Assembly: GCF_964194025.1 (NCBI RefSeq)
Contig: NC_134468.1
Location: 71,982,001 to 72,046,000, forward strand
DNA length: 64,000 nucleotides
Direction of reading: 5' to 3'
Origin: Convolutriloba macropyga
Taxonomy: Eukaryota
Below the pieces are notes generated by a model, which saw nothing but the letters and a program-made list of their open reading frames with translations, had not been told where the DNA came from and did no database searches. Of the stretch, positions 12,590-24,709 are shown one piece after another (positions within the stretch are counted from its first letter, which is position 1; every line of letters begins with the position of its first letter). A program made the translations under genes and the position numbers.

Positions 12590-15500
12590 CTTAACAAAAT
12601 ATTTGCCCTTATTACAAAATCTTAACAATCTCTTGTAAAAATGAATGCCAACTGTTGCTTAATTCTATTTTAAAAGAAAAAAGGATACAAACTAAACTCA
12701 AAGTAAACAACAATTGTTTAACGTCAAAAACTAGTAAAAACATCATATTAGAAATTCCAATTAAAATCAATTTTTTTTGAAAAAGTCTACGGCAAAAAGG
12801 CCAAAGTCATTTTCTGTTTTAACAATTCATGAATGTTCAATCTTCATAAACAACCATCTTCATAACTTGAGAAATTTGAAATTCAAAAAATCTGGAAAAT
12901 AGCGGAAAAGTACATTTCATTATTTATTATTGAAGGTTGAGTAAAATAACATTTCCATCTCCTAGAAAAACAAAATAGTGCAAACAGAACTCGAACATTT
13001 GAAATATTATGCCCAGAATGTCAGTATACTAAAATCTCAATGAAAGAAAAATTCATTGAATGTCAAACTTTTAACGCCAAAAATTAGTCGAATTACCAAT
13101 AACACTAAATTGAACTCCCTGACGGCGAATAGAAAGGCCTATTCTATTTATTCAAACCAAAAAAGAAAAACAAATACAATTTTTGAAAAATTGGACACCA
13201 AAAAAAACAACCAAATCTAAACAGTTTTGATACAAATTTATAAAAACACCGCAAGTCAAAAACAGGCATTTAAAACATGCACTGTCTTTTAAAAAAATCC
13301 GGAAAGTTACGTATTTATGCAGTTTCAAAATCGAAAAAACAATTCTACAAAAACATAAGGGCAGAAAATTGAGCCAAATGGACAAAAAACGGCTGAAAAC
13401 AGTTATCTATACGCACCATTCTCTCAAAAAACTCATTCACTCAACATAACCTATGCATGAAAAACTTTACTCGCTCAGATTAAACTAGTTCCCATGTCAA
13501 TTTTCTCACTTTCGCTTTTAGGTCAAAACGGCGCCTGAAAAAAGAAAAATGTTTTCTACTACTTGTAGTCTTTTATTGATTTGAACTTATATATTGTACA
13601 ACTGCCCTCAAATAACCATCAGTTAGCTTGTGATATTATTAATTGACCTCAAATCCTTCATTACATTGTGCAAAAATCAATTTAAGAGTAGAAGTCCTTT
13701 TGAGAGAGTTAGTTCACCTCACTTATGACCAAAGCACTATTCACTTTCTCATTGACTAAGTAATTGTTTTGTAGAGACTTTGCGTGAAGAATGTCGACCA
13801 TAAGGTCCTATTACAATGTGTTAAAAAGGTCTTCTGAAGTAATTCAGTTGACACTGGGAATGCAGCTGGCAATTCAACTGGTTTATTGACGACAACTGTT
13901 ATCTAAAATTTACTCAACAAAAGAGTTAGTTCTGCAACCGACCACGTTTACTTTTGGTTCATAAATTCATTTTTGATCGACTTTTTGTCTCAGCTTATTC
14001 GTTATAATGATTTCAGAGATCAAATGACTGGTTCATTTGAATGTGATTTTTCTGCTTTAGTAATTTTGTTTGGTTTAGAGCTAACGCTAGTGGCTGTTCT
14101 TTTATTTCGTCGGCAAGATTCTACGACTATATGACGTCGCGCTCACGTCACAGCATTGGCCATTCATTCAGTCATTCGAACTCTTGACCGGAGAGCTTGA
14201 GTGACGTCATTCATTGCAACTTTTCTTTTGCGCATTCTTTCTATGCCTTTTGGAGCTATCTTTAATGTGATAATTCGAAAAGGGAAAAAACTATAACCTC
14301 AAATAGAGGCAATTATGCAAAAATCACATTCATTATAGGAAATTTCATAGTCAGAAAGCCAAGAAACCATTTGTTAAAATTCAACTACAACAAAAAAAAT
14401 GTTTTTTCTTTAATTGCCCGCTTTATATTGAGACTAATCTACATGTGGACCGAAATAAGATTTTTAAAAATTGTCACACTTCAAAACTTCACGGACATTT
14501 TCTTTTAACAAATATATTGAAAGTCCTAAAAGGCATTAGATAACAACTGAGAAAATTGCATAGGTTCACCTATGGCTATAACGGAGCTCAATTGGATCTC
14601 TAATATTAAGACGAAGTGATGAAGCAGCTTTTTCGAAAAGACGGCAAATTTTTAATTACAGAAGACTCCTATAGGAAACCAAAGCACAGCTAGCCTTTTA
14701 CGCAGTTTTCAATGATTATGATAGCAGATTTCAAGTCAATGCTACTGGCATATTTAAACGAAGTGAGATAAAAAAGCGTATTTGGAGCCATTTTTGATAA
14801 GTCCGGAATTCAAAAAAATTAGCAAAATAACCAAAAGACTAGGATTAAACCTCCTCTATCCTTAAACAATAGCATTAACAAATTTCAGCGAAAACTGGCA
14901 AAATTCGGTTAAAAAATTTGAAAAAAGTGAAAAACAACGCAATTCCTCCTACAATTCACAAAACTTGAAACTTCGATAACTTATAAATACAAAAAAAATA
15001 GCCGGCAGAATGTCGGAAAAAGCCGCCATAGACGTTTGTGGGCTTCCATGAGTTGAAACAACTAAACAAATAAGATAGACAGATCTTTTTGAGTTAGATT
15101 CGGACTGTCACTTTTATGACACATACGGTCTATAAGGAAAGAGCCCCAAAAGAGCTTTTCAAAATTGATATTCGAAATCAAAAATTTAAGACTAATACTC
15201 AAGAATTAGGGCATATAAGGTTAGCACTACTTAAATGCACGCTATTGATCTTTAACTATTACGTGTTCCTAAAATTTGAAGTTCCGTAAATGAGTTCAGA
15301 AGTCATTTTTTTGAGTGAGGTAAGTCACACAATTGACCTAAAAGCAGAAATGACGTCACGAACACAAATTTTAACTGCAAAGCAGTAAAGTCACTGAAGT
15401 CATTGAAAAAAATTAACAAGTTAACTCTTAACACGGACAAAAACTGATACTTCAAAATGCCGACCACTCTACTCATCTGTTTCAAATAACCAGTTACAAA

Positions 15501-15821
15501 TTTGAATTGCAATTAGTACATAAATACAGTTTTGCAAAAAAAAACTATACCTCAAAACAGAGTAGCGCAATTCACAGTGCTATCAAAAATCTGAAAGTAG
15601 AAAATTGGATAAAAACAAAATTACCCAAGAGTTAAGAAATATGATCCAATTGTGCTATGTATCATTCTGTCGCAAAAACTGTTCAAAGTCAAAAAGTCAT
15701 GCATTCGAAGAGGCGCATGAACAACACTTCTCTTGCTCAGCAAAAAAGGTTCACGACAATTATAATCACTTTCAGATTTAAGATAACACACCGCTTGAAC
15801 TCAAAGTACTTCATTAAAAAA

Positions 15822-16211
15822 ACATAAACCGACAAATGTGGGAAGAATTGCTCTCGAACGACAGGCGAGGCAATTTAATTCAGGGATTGTAGCCTAGATC
15901 AATTTTTCTTTATGGGTGCAAAAAACTTGTCTCCGGCCCGACTTCGAACCACTGACCTCGCGATCCTCAGCCACAACTACTAACCACTGCGCTACAGATC
16001 ACAGTACTCTCCTATTCTGCAACCGATTTTATAATAGGTTTACTTCAGTGCAATAGAGATCGCTCAAAAATGAAGAGCGAAAGCGTGAAAAAGTCACTTG
16101 AGACGTCAAAGAATGTTCTAGAAGAAAAGCGCAAAATTGTCAAGCGAAAAATTTGCATAAAAGACACACACATTTACAATAATTGCTATGAACTTCGTTC
16201 AAGAGCAATTA
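15822..16211. mobile_element. HINE-like element, family C
   Basis: AATTGCTCTCGAACGA near the left end and TAATTGCT.TGAACTTCGTTCAAGAGCAATTA (subTIR plus internal IR) at the right end. Confidence 0.65.
15929..16000 (-). mobile_element. tRNA-derived SINE head or tRNA pseudogene
   Basis: Minus strand reads GATCTGTAGCGCAGTGGTTAG...GGTTCGAAGTCGGGCCGGAGAC, with a Pol III A box (TAGCGCAGTGG) and B box (GGTTCGAA). Acceptor and anticodon stems do not pair well. A related fragment lies at ~51746-51782. Confidence 0.6.
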
Positions 16212-16426
16212 ATCAGGAAACCCAATACTCTTCGAGTCGTAAAAACCTTAAAAAACGAACACTACTTTTAGGATTATAAATACCTGTAAAAACTAGTAGT
16301 ACTAGCCGAGTCGTAAAGAAAACAAGACCAATAAAAGCTCCGCTTAGCTATCGCTATGGCTGCTATCAAAAAAATCACAAATTACAAAAATGAATTTCAA
16401 GTTCTCCAATTTCTCCAAATTTATTA

Positions 16427-16795
16427 AACACAACCAACTAACGTCGGGCGAATTGCTCTCAAACGACCGGCGAGCGGTTGGCTTTGTCAGTAGGGGGCAC
16501 AGTGGTGTTGGGGGCCATAGTGGGGGGAGCGGGGTTATTCAACCTCTAAGAACCGGCCTTCACACAATAAGTATAAGTCCCCAAAAAAGTTTCTGTTAAT
16601 CGCATACTTGGAGACTAGTGAGCTGAACGGCTCTAACAGCACTTAGTGCCCGCTATGCGCTACCTGTTTATCCAGTTTTTGAGGACGAAGAGTTAAATGG
16701 GTCAGACGAAAAATTGGTCACGTGAAACATCGCATATAAAAAGCAAGACCAACAGGACTAATATATTTGCTACAAACCTCGTTTGAGAGCAATTA
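16427..16795. mobile_element. HINE-like element, family C
   Basis: CCAACTAACGTCGG hairpin plus AATTGCTCTCAAACGA, ending TTGCTACAAACCTCGTTTGAGAGCAATTA. Confidence 0.7.
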
Positions 16796-16928
16796 ACAAT
16801 GATAGATTTGAATATTAACATTTTTCTTTTAGCTTGATATATCAGAATGGTGTTGTATTGGAATCTTGGACCGTCAATTCCATAGAACAGCGAAGCATTT
16901 TCAGAATCACTCCAGAATCATTTTCATT

Positions 16929-17699
16929 TTATAATGCTGTCTGGTTAGCTTCTTTGGGAGTGAATATTGGATTTCCAGGCACGGTTTTCAATTCAGCCGT
17001 TATCTTCACAGTAGAAAATTCGTAAGTCAATGTCAAAATGTATACAAAGAACGAAATAGCCAAAGTCCACTCGGACACTGTTGCAGCATAATACCACCCT
17101 TTATGCGTGTACGGTTCCTTTCCATTGACATAGGGGGGCAGTCTGTAGCCGGAGAACCTATTTGAGATAACAACAGACACTAACGTGCACAAACATGTTA
17201 TTGAAATAAGTACTCTTATGACCAACAGTCCTTTGTGGTTATATGAGGTATTCTCAATCAAAGCATAGGTCAAGTAACAGTGCATAAACCCGTAAACTGT
17301 CGCAGAAATAAACGCAGCAAAAGCTCCCACAAGATGCATAGTGAGCACATTTGTCTCTTGAAAACATGCAACCATGCTCATTCCAACACTTCCAACTACT
17401 CCTACACCCAAAGAAGTCCAGTTGATCCATTTGAACTCGTTCCTATCCTCTCCCAACTGTTCACGAATTTGCAAGAATCGAACGATAACCACAATTAGGA
17501 ACGTGTACGCCGTGGCATTGAGGAGCAATCCGAACCAACAACTTGCAGGAGGTAGGGTTCCAGTATCACTGATAAAGGGCAACCGAGTCACCACCAAATC
17601 TTTCGCTTGAGAGATGGAGTACGAAGTAATGAAGGTTACCATTGCCAGGCTGAATGCCAAGATGGACAAATAGCCCAGTCCCATTCGATCAAAGATCAT
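16929..17699 (-). CDS. DRAM: DRAM/Frag1-family membrane protein, paralog 2, intronless CDS (256 aa)
   Basis: Motifs LPFISDTGTLPPASCWFG, SMVACFQET, HLVGA and SEWTLA; collinear with the 32-829 protein over its whole length. Confidence 0.9.
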   Translation of the reverse strand: MIFDRMGLGYLSILAFSLAMVTFITSYSISQAKDLVVTRLPFISDTGTLPPASCWFGLLLNATAYTFLIVVIVRFLQIREQLGEDRNEFKWINWTSLGVGVVGSVGMSMVACFQETNVLTMHLVGAFAAFISATVYGFMHCYLTYALIENTSYNHKGLLVIRVLISITCLCTLVSVVISNRFSGYRLPPYVNGKEPYTHKGWYYAATVSEWTLAISFFVYILTLTYEFSTVKITAELKTVPGNPIFTPKEANQTAL

Positions 17700-19069
17700 T
17701 TTAGATAGAAGTTGAAATAAGAATTGTTACAACCTGAAACAATAAAGTCATTCTTTGTTGAAAAATGAAAGAAACAAGAGGCAGGAACTTAATTTTCATT
17801 GCCTAGAGACCATGAAGTTCTCTTAGTGGAACCAGGACAAACCCAACTCAATTTTCAACAAATTCAGATTCATTAAAATTTTTTATCACGTCAGAGCTCG
17901 TTTTTAAGTGATTTGCCTTAAAAACTGCAACGTCTATTGACAGAAAATATAACTGAAAACATAGCCGAATAGCGACGGAGGAATAATTGCTATCGTACGT
18001 GGACCAACGTGGCGTCAATTCTACAGTAGTTTTCTTCAATTCACCGGGGTGGGGAATGGATTAGGTGCTCAAAATGACGTTCTCAGATTAGACCACTATT
18101 CAAATTTAAGCGAAAAACTAAACCAGTTGCGTCACCAATTTTGATTTTGTTTTTACTAGTAAATTCCCGTCAATTCAGTTCAGGAGCTATAAATGAAAAT
18201 TAGAAGGAGCTTCGGATCACGCAAAACGTAAAAGTCAAAGACGTAAAATCCAGTCCCAAAATTGAAAAACTGCCAAGTAAAAATTTAGCATACAAAGGCG
18301 CACATAACTACATAATTGCCTCAAACTTCGTTCGAGAACAATTTAAAAAGTTTAATTAATAACTCTTCGTAACAAACAGCATTCAAAAACTCTGGAGCAA
18401 CCAGAAAACTTTGATTAAAGAAATTTGAAAAATGGGAACTGTTCAAAATCTCTTACTTACCCCAAATGAAACGCTCACCCCTAATTCAGTTTTGTTGTTT
18501 CAAATGATAGCATTTAATTGACAATCATATCGAAGTGAAAGATGTATTTGCGAACATCGATCACAATTAGTACCAGACTTTATTCCAGACACATAATAGC
18601 CTAGTTTTGCATGAGCCATAGCAATAAATCTCCCAAAATCAGAATTCCCGTAATTAGATACCCAAAATCTTCACTATTCGCTATCAATTGCTCTCACATT
18701 ATCTCACAATTGTTCTCGATATATCACATTAAACATGTAGACGAAAGAATACATATAAAAGTATAGTAAAATAAGCAAAAATAGTGAATTCGTTTACCTT
18801 TAATCAGTTATTATTCCAAATCGCCGACCGAAAAGTAAATATTAGGACAGTTTTGAGACATAAACGATTCAACAAGATGTCCTTCTACGTGTAAACACCG
18901 CTGGAGAGAATATACGCTTCCAAGCTTTTCCATATTCACGGATACTTTGCGGAACTATGGAAAAACTCGGAAGTGATCAGTGGAAGCAGTAAATATGGCC
19001 ATCAGGTTGCCGACAAATAGCAGATGTTTTCATAACTGGTCGAAGCTGAGATTGAGCCTATTGGAGTAA

Positions 19070-19536
19070 CATAGCTGGCAGATTGCCAGAAAAATCCGCA
19101 ATAGCTTCATAGCTCTGCAGTCTCAAAAAGATAGTAAAAGAAACAGACCAGAAAAAACTTTTTATTATGCTCAGATGTTACATTTTGATTAAGAATCTGT
19201 CAAATGTATTGCTGCTTCTAATAGCTGCTCTCGAATAACCTTCAATTAGAGAGAAATACTCACTCGACCTTAAAAAAACTTTAAAAAACTCGCTCCACTA
19301 AGGGTTAAAAATGACGTTACGCACTCGTTTCAGTTCAAATTGCATGAACGAAAAAACAAAAAGCAGATTTAAGGTGGTTGTGACGTCATATGGTCCAAAA
19401 AAAATTTGACAACGAAATAAAAAACATAGCAGGACAAGACTAACCTACAATTCAAAGAACTTTCACTGACTAAAATTGTAAAAAAAAAAACAAGAGAAGG
19501 CCGATAATAGCCCCAGCTATCACTGTTCGGCTATTA
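19070..19536. mobile_element. HINE-like element, family A, containing a collapsed family B remnant (19425-19480)
   Basis: CATAGCTGGCAGATTGCCAG hairpin at the left end; TAATAGCCCCAGCTATCACTGTTCGGCTATTA at the right end. Confidence 0.7.
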
Positions 19537-20089
19537 ATAATAATTTTAAAAATACTGCCTATCAGCATTGACTCTAATAAAATTTCATAACTTAATGCAA
19601 GGAGTCATCAAACCCAGGATCAATCGTTTTATCCTGTTTTTTTCATTAAGGCGTCTTTTTTCATTAAGGCGTTTTTGAAGCAAATATTTGTCATTCAAAG
19701 AGAGAACCCCTTGAGCGATCGATGTCAAAATTAAGGCCTAGTGATAAATGCAAAAAAAACTCGCAGGTTCAAAAAACCGTCTCTGCAAAAGACCAAACAA
19801 TCATTATTACTAATTGGATATCAACTAACCCTGATGTTTTGAAAGCAAATGGCACACACAGTATGGAAAACGCATTGTTGAACAACCAAATACTTTATCT
19901 AATTAACGCAACAAAGGAAAAGTAGATATTAGGAAAAAAATACGCCAAAAACTATCTCTCTATCTGACAAAAAGTTAGTTATTCAATCGAAACGTGAAAT
20001 TGAAAAACAAAATGAACATTGTCAACTTAGATCACTAATATATTCCGCAAAGCAGCAGGTAACAGCCGTAGAATAGAACTCCTGCAAAC

Positions 20090-20610
20090 AACCACATGCA
20101 GTCAACAAAATATTGCTCTTCGCACAAATATTGGCTGTGTAAAATTGTCTGAATATCAATGACTTACAACGAGGATGAAATTCTGCTGGTTAAAGCTCAC
20201 ACAGAAATGCTAGAGCAGCATTTTCTGGCCGGCAGTTATCAGAGCCACCGTGCTCATAACAAAACAAACTCTTCAACCAGTTCTCGTGCCATGAGACCGA
20301 CACTAAATGATACTTAGCAAAGAATACAAAAATGCGCTCAAAAACATTCACCGAACCACGGTCCATACTCAGCTGAACAAAGACAGCTTTTCGATTGGCA
20401 CAACTGAGAACTGGATACTGCCAGAACTGAGAACTGGATTCGTAGTTCAATAGGATTTGTAGCAATGTCAATAATCGCTGTCCCAAATGCGAAGTAGCCC
20501 GCACGCATGACGTAAATCACATTTTCAACTGCAAAAGGAACACCACGCTCCTAAAAGTGATTGACTTGTGGTGAAGACCAGTAGAGGTAGCTAGCTCGCA
20601 GGACTTAATA
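20090..20610 (+). mobile_element. Degenerate 3' fragment of a non-LTR retrotransposon ORF2 with a C-terminal CCHC knuckle
   Basis: Frame-broken peptides QNIALRTNIGCVKLS, EILLVKAHTEMLEQHFLA, LAQLRTGYC and CPKCEVARTHDVNHIFNC...VIDLW. Clade not resolved. Confidence 0.7.
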
Positions 20611-23600
20611 CCATCAGTCGTCGGGACTGCATGTCACCCACCATGGCGTGGAAGCAAGTTGTGAATAGGCAGTCAAACTACTGATGTACCTTTTTATTAT
20701 TATACAAATGCAACAAAGGAACCAGTTAAAAACGGCAATAAGCGCCGATATTCCGCGAAAATTACCGCGAAATGCAGTAACAACAACAATAACATGAACC
20801 TCTAGTTAAAAGGAAGGGAAAATATTAGACAAAAGTAGGGAGTACATAAATCAAAATGTTCATTTCAAATTCTACTTTATTCAAAAAAGCAACACCGCGG
20901 AAAACTTTTGCACAACGAAAAAGCAACCAAAGACGGGCAAAACTCAACAATTCACTAACAACAAAAACAAATAGTATCAAAGTCATAAAACAATTACCTG
21001 CTCATTGAGGGATTCGATCAATTTCAACTATGCATCATTAGAATACGCATATCATTTTAATAGCAATCTCAAAAGATTGAGAAAATAGCAAAAACCCAAA
21101 GTCAAATTGAAGCACGTGAAAATACTCTCCGAAAAACCGCGAACAACTTCAAACCAATTTCTTATTCAATTTTAAATGTAGCCTAAAAAATTCACGCTTC
21201 GAAATAACTCTTTCACTCCCTTTACTTCCCATGTTACTTAAATCTAAGTACTTCTTTGGTCCACAGAGCATACATGCCAGTCTCCCTATATACAGCACAG
21301 AAACGTTAAAAATTTCATTTTTAACTGAAAACCTAATTTCATAGCTTAACACCTTTATCTAAGTTTGATCACTACTTACCTGTTTACTTTTCAGCAGCGT
21401 AGTTCAGTCCCCATACGAAGCCGCAACAAATACAATATGCCAATAACTTTCTGGTTTCGAAAACAATGACAGTGGTCCAAACAACTGTTGCATCAAATTC
21501 TCTAACACGTGGCCAATTTCCATCTGAAGCGTGACACGATTTCCACTGCAGAACAAATCTAGATCATCGCTTCATTTCACTTTGCTAGTTCTCGGACAAA
21601 AAGCGATTGCATTGCGCTTTACAACTTTTCCTGCGGCGTTTATGTGGAATCATCCTAAAATAGATTCTGTTTCACATTATCCTAAGTAGAATCATATACA
21701 AACCTCTTTATGCGGTTTTGAGTCTCAATTGAAGCCTGAGCATTATGGTCAATATTCTAGTCTGTTTTATCAATAAATGGAAGCCACTTTTATGTTACTT
21801 CCATCACTTTGAGACGACCAAGTGGTCACCATTCCAACTTAACACGGCGACGAAGAAGTTTACTTAACGTATGGTCGAGTTCTCAAATTATCAAGCTGGA
21901 GCAATCTTACACAACAGCTTCAAGACTAAGTTGAAAATAATTTGAAACAGAACCCAGCAAATATAACTGCCCAACGTTCTGCATATATCTATTGTATTTA
22001 TTCATTTTTTCAGCAAAAATCGCGATCCATTTAAAAGATCAAAATTTAAAACGCAAATAAATAAACGAGTCAAAAGAACGTTAAATGCAGTTTTTAAAAT
22101 GTTTTCCGGAGAGTTAAATTTTAAAAATTTTTAGTTTTTTTAAACGCAGTTTCATGGTTTCATAAGCCCTATTATAACCATATCGGATTCAAGTTTTGCA
22201 CTCTGTTGAAAAGAGATCAAAAGTCTCCTCAGAAATCAGATCAATTTAGCCTGTAAAACACCATGAGCCGTTCAAGCTAAAGTGATACTATTCGTCCAAT
22301 TAGTTTTGTCACCCAAATTTTAGTGCAGTATTTATAAACATCAATTGCAGTGAATAAACGATTAAACAGGAAAAAATAGGAATGAAGGATTTGTAACGCG
22401 AAAACAAATTCTTGGCAACAGATAGTTTGCCGACCGATTTTTTATTACCTTCTTGTATGATTAGATCATTTTGAACCTTTGGGCTGACAGAAAACGTGCG
22501 GGTACCAACATCGAATGCGCTTCTAAATAAAATAGTATAGACTAAATCTTCCACCAAATCGAAAAGATGTAAAAACAGCATCTATTTCAACATTTTAAAC
22601 TAGTGCGTGTCGAAAAAAATGATATTTAAGGATTTAAAACAAAACTTAAGAAAAATCACGAAAGAAAGCTTGTATGTCACAACCAGCTTGTATGTCACCA
22701 TAATGTGGTCTGAAATCAATTGGTCCGACCAACCTTAGTAGGATTATACATTCTCAACTGGGTTTCTTTTCAGTTAATTTTGGCCGATCGATATATTAAT
22801 CGTACAGGGTTGTTAGTGGTCTCATTAGAAAGCCAGTACAGCGTAGAATATATAAATAGAAAGATTTTAATTTTTTCCAAACATTGGGGTTTAAAATTTT
22901 GTGAGCATTTGAATGATATCCGTTATTTCTTCATTTTTTCACAATTTCTGCTAAATTGTCAGTCAATTTTGCTAAAGTATGTTAAATTTGTTAAACTAAA
23001 GTGTTATTGGTTTTAACTATAAACATAGAGGAGTTTTGCAGAACTGTTTGATCGGACATTTTTGGCTCAAAATTCTGCTAAATTCAGTCTTGTTTCATTG
23101 AAAAATGGCACCAAATTCGATACTGTAGCCGAATTTGTTTAAATTTGATGGAAGACCTAAAAACTGCTGACACAACTATTAGTGAACTCAAAAGGGGGGT
23201 TTAGTTTTAATTCTTCCCATGAGTGTTCTGGAATAGAAATTTTGCAGGAATTTGCTATCTTAAAACGTTCATTAACAGAAAAGCGTTATTTTCTACTTAA
23301 TACATTTAAATTTTTGTTGCCGAATTATCAATTTCAGTATTAATTGGAACAATTATTTGTTTTTAGTAAATGCACAGCAATTTCAAGACTGTGTTTGGTT
23401 TCAACGCTGTCTCTTGCAATAAAAAAATTATTCTGATTATATTGAGGCGATGTCTTTTTTAGAAATTTTAGCCGTTTTTTTTGTGTTTTTTTAATGTTAA
23501 TTAATATTATTTCCTATCAAAGGTTAATTACTGACAGCTAATATTTACTTGAAAATGAGGACAAGCAAATATGTTTTAGGAAAAGCTCACGAGTTTTGAA

Positions 23601-24453
23601 TGTTATCGTGAACTTAAATTAAATTCTGTTTTGTCCGCATTTGTTTTTCTTCTTGCAATCTCATAACTTAGTCTCCAGTTGGCTTCCTTAAGCAGTAAAA
23701 GTGAAGCTATATAAGGCTTTCAGTTAATACTTAATGGCTCCTATGGCATTGGATATGTTTGTCTTAAGAAAATATTGGTAACTCAGGGTATGTTTGTCTT
23801 AAGAAAATATTGGTAACTCAGTAATATCTCAGTATCAGCAGACAGATGTCATTCTTCCTTCTAGAGAATTAAAAGTAACTCTTTACAGCTGTCTATGTAT
23901 TAACTAACATTTTCAGATTGTCAGATGCAAATCAGAAACCATTGGCTTTGAAAGGGTCGCAATTGGACATTTTTAATGTTTGCAGAGCATTTGGGTTTTC
24001 ACGGCTTCAAAACTGTTTTTTTGACAAACTAATTTTAATTTTTGTTGCTTTTTTAGTTGTATCACATATTCTAATGACTGGGCCCAGAAGCTTCCTCAAA
24101 ATGTAAAAATCAGCATAATTAATGATTTCAGTTGATAGCTAATGGTTTAAATGACTCGAAAATAATTTCTTAAAGACGTTAAAATTTATGCACTGCCCTT
24201 TTTTCTTCTTTCTCACAACTTGTAATTTAGTCCCAATAGTGACAGGTACCATCCACTCATTATTGAAGCCAACCTTAATCTTTATTGTTTTTATCCCATG
24301 TACTAAACAAAATTCTATAATTATAAACATAAAAAAGAACATAGAATTTAATAAAATAAAAAACCAAGCTAGAGTTGGATAAAAATATTTCTTGCCTCAG
24401 AACAAATCAATCTTTAAATTTCAAGATGTGAACCAAACTTAGGTTTAATCAGT

Positions 24454-24709
24454 CATAAAACCGAATATCGTCGTGCAAATTGCTCTCAAACGACCGGCGA
24501 GCAGTCAGTTTTGGCAGTAACCATCTGCGGTTCAGATATGCTAGCATAAGGCTCTAACGTAATTTAATGCCCTTGGATCGTTACCTGTTAATCCCGCTTC
24601 TAAGGACAAAAAGTCAAATGGGTCAGACAAAAAATCGTTAATGCGAAAATCGCATAAAAATGACCACATGACTAAAGTAATTGCTACAAAATTCGTTCGA
24701 GAACAATTT
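24454..24709. mobile_element. HINE-like element, family C
   Basis: AATTGCTCTCAAACGACCGGCGAGC at the left end; TAATTGCTACAAAATTCGTTCGAGAACAATT at the right end. Confidence 0.7.

Larger units (their letters stand above)
14998..16367. mobile_element. HINE-like element (family A-related) carrying a nested family C element and a SINE
   Basis: Left end ATAGCCGGCAGAATGTCGG hairpin plus AAAGCCGCCATAG; right end ...TAGCTATCGCTATGGCTGCTAT is an imperfect subterminal inverted repeat; internal GAGTGAGGTAAGTCA / AAATGACGTCAC block is shared with families A and D. Confidence 0.55.

Noticed and set aside
15929-16000. Functional tRNA gene
   Set aside because: A and B boxes are present but the acceptor, anticodon and T stems do not form a convincing cloverleaf; treated as SINE-derived.
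23753-23822. Short local tandem duplications (35-bp here; also ~19638-19672, ~22667-22699, and CCACCCA-type repeats at ~39760-39793)
   Set aside because: Ordinary slippage products with no further structure.
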